64,000 nt of DNA, from assembly GCA_963843385.1 (NCBI GenBank), contig CAWJJY010000007.1, positions 566,028-630,027 on the forward strand, read 5' to 3'. Positions 48,259 to 57,904 of this stretch are shown piece by piece. Both the position numbers and the translations under genes were made by a program. This DNA is from an uncultured Acidobacteriota bacterium (lineage in GTDB: Bacteria; Acidobacteriota; Vicinamibacteria; Vicinamibacterales; JAKQTR01). The first letter of the stretch is position 1. The number at the start of each line of letters is the position of its first letter. The notes beneath the pieces are model-generated. The model searched no databases, was not told the DNA's origin, and saw nothing but the letters and a program-made list of their open reading frames with translations.

Positions 48259-49565
48259 CAGCCGTGATGTTGCGCGGAGAGGCCGTCCAGATAGCCTCCT
48301 ATCATCGTTGCGAGCCCGTCGGTGTCGACGTCCTCAAAGCACCGCACGGACGCACAGGTCTTGAACATCTTGTTCAGGCATGTGATGTTCCTGCAGGGGC
48401 TGCCGGCGATGTAGCACCAGGACGGCGCATCCTGGTTGGCAGGCAGGTACCCGGGCCTGGCCGAATCGTAACCCGACATGCGCGGCGTTGTCGCGCCGAA
48501 AAGGGACAGGACCGCCGTCCGGTTGCGAAACTGATGGGCGCCCGACCGCGAGTAACGGCGCGACGCCGCCAGGTGAAGGGGGCCCGTGTCGCCGGACACG
48601 AAGACGTCGGAGAGGTCGACCAGCGCCGTGTAGGCGTCGAGCGGCAGATCGGCGGGAATGATGTGCGTGCGTGCGCGGAGTTCGACCGGTAACGCGCCGA
48701 CGAGGCGCGCGCCGATTCCCGCCGATGTCTGTCCCGCGCCGATCAGGATCGTCGCATCGAGCCTGACCAGTCGCGCGAGCAGGGACGCCTGTGTCTCGAA
48801 CGGAATGGTCGTGAAGCGGGACGCGGCGTCGGGGTTGAGGTGAATGACGCGGCCCGCGCCGTTGATGCCGGCATCCACCGCGTACTGCCGCGCACGGTCG
48901 ACGGCCTCGTCACTGAGGATGGTGCGGGCACCCTTGAATTCGTCCAAGCGGGCGGGGGTGGACACGGTGGACAGAAGATCTCGAAGGAACCGGTACCCCT
49001 GATAGATGAAGTGGTTGATCTCGTTGCCGTCCTGTTCGTTTCGTACGATGACGGAACTGTGGCTCATGAAGTTCAAGATCGCCTGTCCCCGTGCGGACAG
49101 GACTGAATCGGAAATGAACGGGCTCAGGTTGACGCACAGGTCGTACCGGCCGGTGCTGATGATGCTCCTCAGCTGCGAGACGTCGTGGGGGGACGGGAAC
49201 TGGCCCCCGGAGAACACGGGCACGACGTTGGTGGCCTCCGGGTGGCCGAGAAGAACGGACGCGGCCGTGTGGTTCACCACGAAATCGACGTGGGCGTCAG
49301 GGAAGAAGTCGCGCAGCGCCGCCATGATGGCCTGGGCGAACATCGCGTCGCCGATATGGATGTCCGGGACCACGACGAAGCGCTGAAATGATCGGATCGT
49401 CCGGATCTTCCGACGGTTGCTCCTGGAGAACACCCACGACACCGCGCGGTTTCCGACCGCGGGCCTGAAGGTGGCATCGAGCAGCCGGGCGCCGGCTCGA
49501 GGAAAGCGATCGGTCAGCCGGCTCGTCGCGTCGAACAGGACCCGCTGGAACGTCGGATTCACCAT
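48258..49565 (-). CDS. glycosyltransferase family 9 (heptosyltransferase-like)
   Basis: VVVPDIHIGDAMFAQAIMAAL...P.A..D... and FVSGDTGPLHLAA are GT9 patterns. Confidence 0.7.
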   Translation of the reverse strand: MVNPTFQRVLFDATSRLTDRFPRAGARLLDATFRPAVGNRAVSWVFSRSNRRKIRTIRSFQRFVVVPDIHIGDAMFAQAIMAALRDFFPDAHVDFVVNHTAASVLLGHPEATNVVPVFSGGQFPSPHDVSQLRSIISTGRYDLCVNLSPFISDSVLSARGQAILNFMSHSSVIVRNEQDGNEINHFIYQGYRFLRDLLSTVSTPARLDEFKGARTILSDEAVDRARQYAVDAGINGAGRVIHLNPDAASRFTTIPFETQASLLARLVRLDATILIGAGQTSAGIGARLVGALPVELRARTHIIPADLPLDAYTALVDLSDVFVSGDTGPLHLAASRRYSRSGAHQFRNRTAVLSLFGATTPRMSGYDSARPGYLPANQDAPSWCYIAGSPCRNITCLNKMFKTCASVRCFEDVDTDGLATMIGGYLDGLSAQHHG

Positions 49566-49775
49566 GGACAGCCTGTCAGTCTCCCGTTCGCGCTGACATC
49601 ACAATAGTCCAGGAGCATCCCCGCGACTCTATCACACGTGCTGATGCACAGCCGGCGGAGCGACGCCCGAGGACAGGCGCATCCTCGTGCCATGGCTCGC
49701 CAGCCAGGTTGCGATCGCGGTTCGCCGGGCCGAAGGCCCGCATCGCGGCGCCCGTCTCTTGCGGTCAGGTGAAGG

Positions 49776-50501
49776 TCAGGTGCGGGACGCTCGATCGCCC
49801 GCGAATCGATACCGCAGCAGGACGCGCACGGCATGGATGCCGTCGCGCCAGTTGATCTTCTTTCCCTCGGAGCGGAGGCGCGGCTGAAAGGTCACAGGAA
49901 GTTCGTGAATGCGGTAGCCGTGGAGCAGAAGCTTCGCCGTGATCTCCGGTTCGATGTCGAATCGGTTCGACTCCAGGCCCAGGGACCGCGCGACACTGGC
50001 TCGCATGATCTTGTAGCAGGTCTCCATGTCGGTCAGTCTGCCGCCGAACAGCAGATTGGTCACGGCGGTCAGGAACCGGTTTGCGGCGATGGTGACAATG
50101 GGGGCGGAGGATCGTCCATTGAGGAAGCGCGAGCCGTAGACCACTTCCGCGGCCCCGCTGACAATCGGCGCGACCAGCGAGGAGAGTTGGGCCGGATCGA
50201 GCTCGAGGTCGGCATCCTGGATCGCGATGATCGAGCCGTTCGACTGGGCGAGACCGAGCCGAACGGCCGCGCCCTTGCCCGCGTTGCGTTCCGCGTGAAC
50301 GATCTTCAGGACCCCGGGCCGTTGCGGGAGGGCATCAAGGACTTCCCGGGTACGGTCGGTCGATCCATCGTTGACCACCACGATTTCTCGGGGCACCGGC
50401 AGATCGACGGCGAGCAGTCGTTGGATGACCGCTGTAACCGTACTGGCTTCGTTGTAGACCGGCACGATGATGGAGAGGGTGTCGGGAGGGGCGGAGGTCA
50501 C
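49776..50501 (-). CDS. glycosyltransferase family 2 (polyprenyl-phosphate sugar transferase-like)
   Basis: LSIIVPVYNEA...VVVNDGSTDRT...IQDADLE. The start is placed at the GTG at 50501. The N-terminal 119 codons of ORF 49776..50858 look non-coding. Confidence 0.75.
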   Translation of the reverse strand: MTSAPPDTLSIIVPVYNEASTVTAVIQRLLAVDLPVPREIVVVNDGSTDRTREVLDALPQRPGVLKIVHAERNAGKGAAVRLGLAQSNGSIIAIQDADLELDPAQLSSLVAPIVSGAAEVVYGSRFLNGRSSAPIVTIAANRFLTAVTNLLFGGRLTDMETCYKIMRASVARSLGLESNRFDIEPEITAKLLLHGYRIHELPVTFQPRLRSEGKKINWRDGIHAVRVLLRYRFAGDRASRT

Positions 50502-50586
50502 GACGGGTAGTCTATCCTGATTTTCGGGCAGCTTCGGCCGCCCTCGGCGAACGCGGCCTCGCGATTCCCGGTCCGCACGCAGACAC

Positions 50587-52302
50587 TCACTCCGCGAGCC
50601 GGCGGCCAACGGCCCGTGCCAGCATCCGCATCCGGTCTGAGAGCGGCAGTCGCCAGAACGTCGTGGAAACGACCCCGCGCGTGAAGAACGTCTTGCGGGA
50701 ATAGTCGATGGCGATCTCGACCATGACCGGTCTGCCTGCGCGGGCCAGATCGAAACTCCGCCCGAGCGCCTGCTCGAGGTGATCGTCGTTGGCGATGTGG
50801 ATGTACTCCGCCCCGACGCCATTGGCGAATGCCTCCACGGCGTAGGGCGCCAGCACACTACACGTGTCGCGATTGAACGCCGTTCGCTGGAACTGGGCGA
50901 TTTGGGCGAGCTCGCCGTCGCGCAGCACGCACACGACCGGCGCGAGGCCGTAGGAAGCCGCCGTCAGCATCTCGAGCCCGGTCATGAGGAGGGCGCCGTC
51001 GCCGGCGAGGGCCACCACGTCGCGATCCGGGTTGGCGAGCTTTGCGCCGATGGCTGCCGGCACGGAATACCCCATGCAGGAGAAGTCAATCGGGCCGATG
51101 AAACATCCCGGCTCGGCCAGCCGCAGGTGTTCCATGGCCAGAAAGGTGCCGTTGCCGCTGTCGGTGGCGTAGATCGCGCGGGGCGCGATGCGCTGCAACT
51201 CGTCGAAAAGCGCGGCAGGCGTCACGCGATCGAGGCTCCGGGATCGCTGCCACGACTCCCGCAGGTCCCGGTGGCCCGAAAGCAGCCGCTCGAGATAGGG
51301 CCGGTCTTCCTTCCGGGGCGTCACCAGGGGCAGCAGGGCTTCCACGAATTCGGCGGCGTCGGCCTCGATGGCCAGCCTGGCGGGGTAGTTGCGGTTGAAG
51401 ACGTCGCGATTGATGTCCACGTGGATGAGACTCGCCGGAGGCGTGAAGCCATAGCTTGCGGTCGCCAGCTCGCCGAACCGGCAGCCGATGGCGAGCATCG
51501 CATCGCACGCGCTCGTCGCATCGCGCACGAAGGGCGGCGCCGACGGGCCCAGGCCATTCCACAGCCAGAGCGGGTTGGTCTCGGGGAACACGCCCTTTCC
51601 CTGAATCGTCGTGGCCACCGGTGAACCCAGACGCTGTGCCAGTTCCACGAGCAGGGGCGCGGCCTCTCGGGCGCCATACCCGACATACATCACGGGCAAG
51701 CGTGACGCGTTGAGGATATCGGCCGCCGCTCGCAGGTCGGCCTCGCCAAACGACGGCGGGCCGGCCGGCGCGGGACTGTAGTCGAGCTCCGGGACGTCGT
51801 GCGCCAGCAGGTAGAAATTGGCCGGAATGACGACCGCGACCGGTCCGGGCGTGCCCTGAAGGGCCAGGTCGAACGCCCGACGCACCGTCGGGTAGATCTC
51901 TGCCGGCGATGCCGGACAGAACACGGCTTTCGTGACCGGCCGCAGCAGGGCGACCTGGTCGATGTCGTGCAACTGGTACGACTTTCCCGTGTCGGTGCGA
52001 ATCCCGCAGGTCAGGACGACAAGGGGAATGCCGTCCATGAACGCCTCGGCAACGCCCGAGAGGCAATGGGTGACGCCCGCGCCGGGCACGACGTTCACGA
52101 CGCCGGCGCGGCCCGTGGTTCGGGCTTCGCCGTCCGCCATGAACGACGCGCTCTGCTCGTCGGTGACGAGGATCGGCAGGATCGACGATCGCTCGAGCGC
52201 GTCGTAGAGCTCGATGTTGTGCGTCCCGGGGATGCCGAAGGTGAATTGCGCGCCCGCGTCCTCGAGCGCCCGAACGACGATGTCGGCGCCCCGCCGTTTC
52301 AT
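50587..52302 (-). CDS. thiamine-diphosphate-dependent enzyme (acetolactate synthase large-subunit family)
   Basis: MKRRGADIVVRALEDAGAQFTFGIPG..N..LYDAL...; ...GDGA..M...EL.TA.... The ATG at 52302 overlaps the GMC gene stop (ATGA). Confidence 0.8.
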   Translation of the reverse strand: MKRRGADIVVRALEDAGAQFTFGIPGTHNIELYDALERSSILPILVTDEQSASFMADGEARTTGRAGVVNVVPGAGVTHCLSGVAEAFMDGIPLVVLTCGIRTDTGKSYQLHDIDQVALLRPVTKAVFCPASPAEIYPTVRRAFDLALQGTPGPVAVVIPANFYLLAHDVPELDYSPAPAGPPSFGEADLRAAADILNASRLPVMYVGYGAREAAPLLVELAQRLGSPVATTIQGKGVFPETNPLWLWNGLGPSAPPFVRDATSACDAMLAIGCRFGELATASYGFTPPASLIHVDINRDVFNRNYPARLAIEADAAEFVEALLPLVTPRKEDRPYLERLLSGHRDLRESWQRSRSLDRVTPAALFDELQRIAPRAIYATDSGNGTFLAMEHLRLAEPGCFIGPIDFSCMGYSVPAAIGAKLANPDRDVVALAGDGALLMTGLEMLTAASYGLAPVVCVLRDGELAQIAQFQRTAFNRDTCSVLAPYAVEAFANGVGAEYIHIANDDHLEQALGRSFDLARAGRPVMVEIAIDYSRKTFFTRGVVSTTFWRLPLSDRMRMLARAVGRRLAE

Positions 52303-53801
52303 GATGTCAGCAATCCCGGCAGCTGCCGGCGGACATGTTCGGCAACGCGATCGGCCAGCGCCATGATTGTCACGTACGGATTGATTCCCGCGCAGTGCGG
52401 AAACAGGCTGGCATCGGCGACAAACAGCCACGGCACGCCGTGGACCTGACCCCAGGCGTCGGTCACGGAATCGGCCGGGGACGCACCCATCCGGCATCCT
52501 CCCATGAGATGGGCGCTCGAGATGGTGACCTTGCCGAGCTTCAGACCCGAGCTGGGAATCATCTCATCCACGCGATTGGCGTCGCGTGCCTCGATGAAGA
52601 ACTGCCTGGCGGCCGGCGCGTGCACGCGGTCGGCCCCGGCGGCGAAGAAGATCCGTGCGCTTGCCCGCATCGACGCGATGAGCGCGCGGCGAACCTCGGG
52701 CGAGAATGCGTAGTCGACGACCGGGTTGCCCTGCCGGTCAATCGTGATGCGGTTCTCCGGCCGTGCCGGGTCGAGCGCCAGCACGAGAATCATCTGCATC
52801 CGATCCATCGACGCCATCAGCCTGCTGTGTTCGGCGCCGAATCCGGTGAGGTTCTTTGCGGTCACAAACGGGAAGTACATGCACGTTTCGAGCAGGAACC
52901 CGTCCGACTCGGCGAACTGATCGCAATAGAAGCTCTTCGGGTGTCCGTGATAATTCGAAATGCGCCTCCCGTGCTGGGCGACCAGGATGAGCGCCGGATG
53001 GCACGTGAAGTACCGCCCGAGGGCGGGAAGCTCGGCAGGCAGCCGCGATCGCAAGAGCAGCGCGGGCGAATTGAGGGCCCCCGCTGCCACGACAACGGCC
53101 TTGGCCCTGATCCGGTAATCGCCCGACGCCCACATCGATGGAATTCCGAACCCTGGCTCGGTCACCGTTGCGAAAATCGTTCGCTCGTCGAGCCGGTCGA
53201 CCCGGCAATTGGTCACGACGCAGACGCCGTTGCGTTCGGCTTCGGGAAGTTGCACGCGATTGGTGCCCATCTTCGCCGCGTTCGGGCAGCCCAGGTTGCA
53301 CAAGCCAGCGCCCTGGCAATTCTTCAGGTTCAGCGGAAACTGCTCGACCCGGTATCCAAGGCGGCGGCACCCTTCTGCAAACAGCCGGTTGTTGTCGTTC
53401 AGCAGTTCGGGCGCGAGCAGGTGGACGTTGTTTTCGGCCAGGTACCGGCTCGATCGGCGCGAGATATCGTCGAAGGCCAGGCCCGGAACGCCCCACTTCC
53501 GAATCGTCTCTTCGGCAATGGGCAAGGAGGTTCCCGTGTAGACGACCGTCGAACCGCCGTAAGCTCGCCCGAGCGCGAGCGTCATGCTCTTGTCCTTGGT
53601 GAGGACGCCGCCCGAGTCGAAATACAGACGCTTCGCCATCTCGGACTCACGGCCCGTAAACTCATCCTCTCGGAGTTTCGGGCCCCATTCGAGCAGCGCG
53701 ATGCGAAGGCCGTCGCGGCAGAGCGCGGACAGTTCCTTGGCGATGGTGCCGCCCCCGGCGCCGGATCCGACGATGACGAGATCGAACTCCTTATCGATCA
53801 T
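52299..53801 (-). CDS. GMC-family FAD oxidoreductase
   Basis: FDLVIVGSGAGGG at the N-terminus, and a C-terminal ...AHLMGGCRMG...D..G.VHG...L.V.DAS.FP. Confidence 0.85.
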   Translation of the reverse strand: MIDKEFDLVIVGSGAGGGTIAKELSALCRDGLRIALLEWGPKLREDEFTGRESEMAKRLYFDSGGVLTKDKSMTLALGRAYGGSTVVYTGTSLPIAEETIRKWGVPGLAFDDISRRSSRYLAENNVHLLAPELLNDNNRLFAEGCRRLGYRVEQFPLNLKNCQGAGLCNLGCPNAAKMGTNRVQLPEAERNGVCVVTNCRVDRLDERTIFATVTEPGFGIPSMWASGDYRIRAKAVVVAAGALNSPALLLRSRLPAELPALGRYFTCHPALILVAQHGRRISNYHGHPKSFYCDQFAESDGFLLETCMYFPFVTAKNLTGFGAEHSRLMASMDRMQMILVLALDPARPENRITIDRQGNPVVDYAFSPEVRRALIASMRASARIFFAAGADRVHAPAARQFFIEARDANRVDEMIPSSGLKLGKVTISSAHLMGGCRMGASPADSVTDAWGQVHGVPWLFVADASLFPHCAGINPYVTIMALADRVAEHVRRQLPGLLTS

Positions 53802-54198
53802 GAAGAAGGGAGTTCCCGTGTCGCGACGGACGGTAGGCGAGCGCCCCGCCCGTTTCAGTCCTGCCGTAGTAGCCCATGAGTATCAGCGTCCGTACTCCCC
53901 AGAATCCCGACCGGAGCAGTTGAATCGGGGCATCCTGGAACCAGCGGAGGACGGCATCCTGCCGGGCGCCGTCAAGGTGGTCCAGACGACGGCCGAATCG
54001 AACCAGGGGCGCGGACCGGAGAATGGAGAGGAACAGCGAGAACTGACGCCTCATCGACTCCGGCCTCGTCGCCAGGGCGTCCTCGACGAGATCGATGAAG
54101 CCCGCCTCGCCCTCAGGTGTCAGTGTGGCGGATTCGGGCACGATGCGGCGCGCGATCGCCAGCAGGAAGGCCTGTTGTCCGGTTGTCAGAACGCCCAC
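53791..54198 (-). CDS. gluconate 2-dehydrogenase subunit-3-like small protein (GMC partner), without an obvious Tat signal
   Basis: ...LTTGQQAFLLAIARRIVPE....GFIDLVEDAL... fits the subunit-3 family pattern. Its 3' end overlaps the GMC gene start by 11 nt. Confidence 0.5.
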   Translation of the reverse strand: MGVLTTGQQAFLLAIARRIVPESATLTPEGEAGFIDLVEDALATRPESMRRQFSLFLSILRSAPLVRFGRRLDHLDGARQDAVLRWFQDAPIQLLRSGFWGVRTLILMGYYGRTETGGALAYRPSRHGNSLLHDR

Positions 54199-54234
54199 GG
54201 CGCCTATTAGAACAGATTGGCGGCCGGAACGTCA

Positions 54235-54852
54235 TCACCTGCGTGGCGATGTTCCGGCGTCGCTGCTGCCGAACAGCTGCTCGATCGCCCCGGCGGGTGG
54301 CGCGGTGCCCGGCACGGGATCAGGGATGCTGTGCGGGACCGGTGTGAGGTGGCGCAGATAGACGATGACCGCGTGCAGGTCCTCGTCGGTCAAGTTCGAC
54401 ACGAGGGCCCACGGCATCACGGCTGGGGAAATTTGCCTCCCTGAGCGATGGATTCCACTCCTCAGCGTTCGTTTGATCTCTTCGTCGGTGGCGGTGCCCA
54501 GCCCCGTCTCACGGTCCGGCGTTAGGTTCCGCGTGACGACTCGTCCGTCGGTGGCATTCACAAAGGTCATTCCGCCAGCCAGGTACTTGTCGGGATCCGG
54601 TCCCTTCGGCCCCGGGGTCTGGTGGCACCCCATGCAGTCGCTGGTCGTCACGATGTACTTCCCGCGCTCCGCGAGCAGGCGCTCAGCCGGATCGCCGATG
54701 CGGTCGAGTGCCGGGGACCCGGCGTCGGCCGCCTTGATGAACTCCTCCGGCGCCATGCTCGTCAGCGGCGGGATGAAGTAGAGAAAGGCCAGGAATCCCA
54801 CCGCCGCCAGCACCACCAGTCCACCGATCGACCACTTTGTGATTCGACTCAT
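54235..54852 (-). CDS. membrane-anchored monohaem cytochrome c
   Basis: An N-terminal TM helix (WSIGGLVVLAAVGFLAFLYFI) and a single CMGCH motif. Confidence 0.8.
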   Translation of the reverse strand: MSRITKWSIGGLVVLAAVGFLAFLYFIPPLTSMAPEEFIKAADAGSPALDRIGDPAERLLAERGKYIVTTSDCMGCHQTPGPKGPDPDKYLAGGMTFVNATDGRVVTRNLTPDRETGLGTATDEEIKRTLRSGIHRSGRQISPAVMPWALVSNLTDEDLHAVIVYLRHLTPVPHSIPDPVPGTAPPAGAIEQLFGSSDAGTSPRR

Positions 54853-54864
54853 GATGTGTCCTCG

Positions 54865-56184
54865 TCAGTGCGACTGGTTCGCCGCGCTCTTGGCTGGGCC
54901 GGCGGTTCCGGCGTTGCCTGTGAAGATGGTGACGGGCGGATCCTGCTTCAGGATCAACCAGCGGAATTTGCCGGCGAGGAACTGGAAGATGCCGGTCGAT
55001 TGCGGCGGCGGAATCTTGTTCGCGACGGGCGGCAGGCTGCGGAGGTACGCCACGATGGCTTTGAGATCACCGTCCGAGAGCCGTGCATATGCTGGCCACC
55101 CCATCGGAAACGGGAGCAACCGCGTGCCGTCTGGCCGCGTTCCGCGAGTGAGGACGGCCTTGATCTCACCGTCGGACCAGTTGCCGAGGCCCGTGTCCTT
55201 GTCCGACGTCAGGTTGTACGAGACGAAGTCCCCGAAGGGCGCAATCTGAAAGCGCATGCCGCCCGCGAACATCATGCCTGGAAGTGCGATGCCGTCAGCT
55301 CCTACCGGCGTGTGGCAATGCGCGCAGGCGAGCGAACTCACCAGGTAGCGGCCTCGCTCGATTGGGTTGTCCGCGGCGCGAGCGGCCTGCCGGGTGTAGA
55401 ACGCTTTGAGCTCGTCCGCGCTCATCTTCCAGACGGGCTTCCTGGCGAGCGACACGACGTAGTTGGCGAGCTGTTGCTGTTCCTTTTCGGTCGCCACATC
55501 GTCGAACGCCGGCATCGGCGTCCCCGCGATTCCGGTCCTGAGTCGAATCATGATCGCCAGCGCCGTCGCTCCGCCACGGAACGTCCACGGCTGAGTCAGG
55601 TCGGTGGACCTGATGGCATGCCCCCAGTCGTCCCTGAGTTCCTCGTTGGCGGCGCCGTCCTCGCCGTGGCAGGTGGCGCAGGCCAGTCGCTCGTACACCT
55701 TGCGCCCGGCCTCCACGCTCTGGGAGGTCGGCTCCGAATCGACGGGATTCGCCGCGGGCGTCACCTTCTCGACCTCGAACCTGGATGAGAACCGCTTGAT
55801 ATACGCGATCACACTCTGGCGCTGCGCGTCGGTCAGCAGGTTCCTGAAACCAGGCATGGAGGTGCCCGGCAGACCATCTGCAACGGTGCGCGCCAGGTCA
55901 CCGTCAGTCGGGAGGCTGTCGGCCGTCGTCGTGCGGAACTTGTAGACTCCGCGCGTGAAGTCGCGCGGCACGGGCGACAGGAAGTCGGCTGCCGGACCGT
56001 CGCCTCGGCCCCTGACGCCGTGACAGGTGGCGCACGAACGATCGTAGATGGCCTTTCCCGTCGTCGTGGCTGCGATTGGCTGCGGCTGCACGCGGGCAGC
56101 GGTCAGCGTCAGGGCGGCAACACCCAGCATGAAAGCGGACACGGTCAGCAGTGTCCAAGGCACTGCCCGGGCACGGATTGACAT
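54865..56184 (-). CDS. trihaem cytochrome c (dehydrogenase cytochrome-c-subunit type)
   Basis: A signal-like N-terminus starts at the ATG at 56184, preceded by GGAGGA. Three haem motifs are present (CATCHG, CATCHG, CAHCH), and the protein is about 439 aa. Confidence 0.8.
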   Translation of the reverse strand: MSIRARAVPWTLLTVSAFMLGVAALTLTAARVQPQPIAATTTGKAIYDRSCATCHGVRGRGDGPAADFLSPVPRDFTRGVYKFRTTTADSLPTDGDLARTVADGLPGTSMPGFRNLLTDAQRQSVIAYIKRFSSRFEVEKVTPAANPVDSEPTSQSVEAGRKVYERLACATCHGEDGAANEELRDDWGHAIRSTDLTQPWTFRGGATALAIMIRLRTGIAGTPMPAFDDVATEKEQQQLANYVVSLARKPVWKMSADELKAFYTRQAARAADNPIERGRYLVSSLACAHCHTPVGADGIALPGMMFAGGMRFQIAPFGDFVSYNLTSDKDTGLGNWSDGEIKAVLTRGTRPDGTRLLPFPMGWPAYARLSDGDLKAIVAYLRSLPPVANKIPPPQSTGIFQFLAGKFRWLILKQDPPVTIFTGNAGTAGPAKSAANQSH

Positions 56185-56465
56185 CGAGGTCCTCCGGTCG
56201 ATCGCACGCGTCAAGACGGCGCGACGGGTTGTCCGAATTGTCGGATTGTACACCAAAGGTCCTACAAATACCGTAGGGTTTATGCTGATCAGGCCGTTGC
56301 GGCGATAGATTCGCCGCTGGAACGCCGGCGCTCCGCCGCCGGCGGTCGCTGCACCAATCCCCGCCGGGGAGCGACGGAAAGCTCGGATGGTATGATCGGA
56401 GCCGGGCTCCTCAACGTGAAGGCCGGGACCCGGGGACACGAGCAGGACCGCGCGACGGGAGCAGC

Positions 56466-57701
56466 ATGCTGGAACGGCATCGAACGATCGGGGTCAAAGT
56501 CGGTGAGGTCACCATCGGGGGCGGTGCCCCGATCGCCGTGCAATCGATGTGCAACACCGATACGGCGGATGTCGCGGCCACGGTCCGTCAGTGCCTCGAG
56601 TTGTGGCGTGCGGGCTCCGAGCTGCTGAGAGTGACCGTCAACCTGCCCGAGGCAGCCGCCGCCGTTCCCGAGATCAAGCGCCGCCTGACCGACCAGGGAT
56701 GTACCGCGCCGCTCATCGGCGATTTCCATTACAACGGCCACATCCTGCTGACCCGGGTACCCGACTGCGCGCGGGCGCTCGACAAGTACCGCATCAATCC
56801 CGGCAACGTCGGAACCGGCCGCCGGCGCGACGAGCAGTTCTCGACGATCTGCAAGGTGGCAGTGGACCACGGCAAGCCCATCCGCATCGGCGTCAATGGC
56901 GGGTCCCTCAACCAGGACCTCGTCATGCGCAAGATGCAGGAGAACACCGATCTGAACGCCGGCCGGACCTCAGACGAGATCATCAGGGAGTGCATGGTGC
57001 TCTCTGCGATCGAGTCCACCGAGCTGGCGCTCGAGTCGGGGGTCGGCCGGAATCAGATCATCATTTCCTGCAAGATGTCGAAGCCGCGCGAGCTGGTCGC
57101 CGTCTACCGCGACCTGGCCCGGCGGACCGACCAGCCACTCCACCTCGGGCTGACCGAAGCGGGGATGGGAATCAAGGGCGTCGTGTGGTCGGCTTCCGCG
57201 ATGTCCATCCTGCTGGCCGAAGGCATCGGTGACACCATCCGCGTGTCGCTGACGCCCCGCCCGAACGGCGACCGGCGCGACGAAGTGGACGCGGCGCGCG
57301 AGATGCTCCAGGCACTGGGCATCCGCGCGTTTGCGCCGAGCGTCACGGCGTGTCCCGGATGCGGGCGGACGACGAGCACGACCTTCCAGGAACTCGCCGA
57401 GCGGATCCAGGCTTACATCCGCGAGATGATGCCGGTGTGGTCCGGGCGTTACGAGGGGGTCGAGCAGATGAGCCTGGCCGTGATGGGCTGCGTCGTCAAC
57501 GGGCCAGGAGAATCCCGCGCGGCGAATATCGGAATCAGCCTTCCCGGAACCGGGGAAGCCCCCACCTGCCCGGTCTTCATCGATGGCCAGCACTTCACGA
57601 CGCTTCGAGGCAGTTATGCGGAGCTGTCCGTAGCCTTCCAGAAGCTGGTCGATGACTACGTCGAGGGGCACTATCAACTCAAGCCTGTCACACAGCCCTG
57701 A
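56466..57701 (+). CDS. ispG: 4-hydroxy-3-methylbut-2-enyl diphosphate synthase (MEP pathway)
   Basis: GGGAPIAVQSMCNT.T.D..AT..Q...L..AG.E..R..V, ...CPGCGRT..., ...MGCVVNGPGE.... Confidence 0.92.
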   Translation: MLERHRTIGVKVGEVTIGGGAPIAVQSMCNTDTADVAATVRQCLELWRAGSELLRVTVNLPEAAAAVPEIKRRLTDQGCTAPLIGDFHYNGHILLTRVPDCARALDKYRINPGNVGTGRRRDEQFSTICKVAVDHGKPIRIGVNGGSLNQDLVMRKMQENTDLNAGRTSDEIIRECMVLSAIESTELALESGVGRNQIIISCKMSKPRELVAVYRDLARRTDQPLHLGLTEAGMGIKGVVWSASAMSILLAEGIGDTIRVSLTPRPNGDRRDEVDAAREMLQALGIRAFAPSVTACPGCGRTTSTTFQELAERIQAYIREMMPVWSGRYEGVEQMSLAVMGCVVNGPGESRAANIGISLPGTGEAPTCPVFIDGQHFTTLRGSYAELSVAFQKLVDDYVEGHYQLKPVTQP

Positions 57702-57904
57702 CGCCGCACTACCGGACGCACGGCTCGAGGTTGCAGGCCAGCGGCTATCGGCCGGTCACGCTGCCAGGCCGCTTCAAACGATGTTGCCGGATCGACTTGC
57801 CGTCGAGAATTGCTTCCGCTCCGCGGACCCCTCCGCACGCGGGCAATTCAAGACCGGATACCGCTGACCGGAGGCCGGCCAGTTTCCGGCTCCGCGTCGC
57901 TCCT

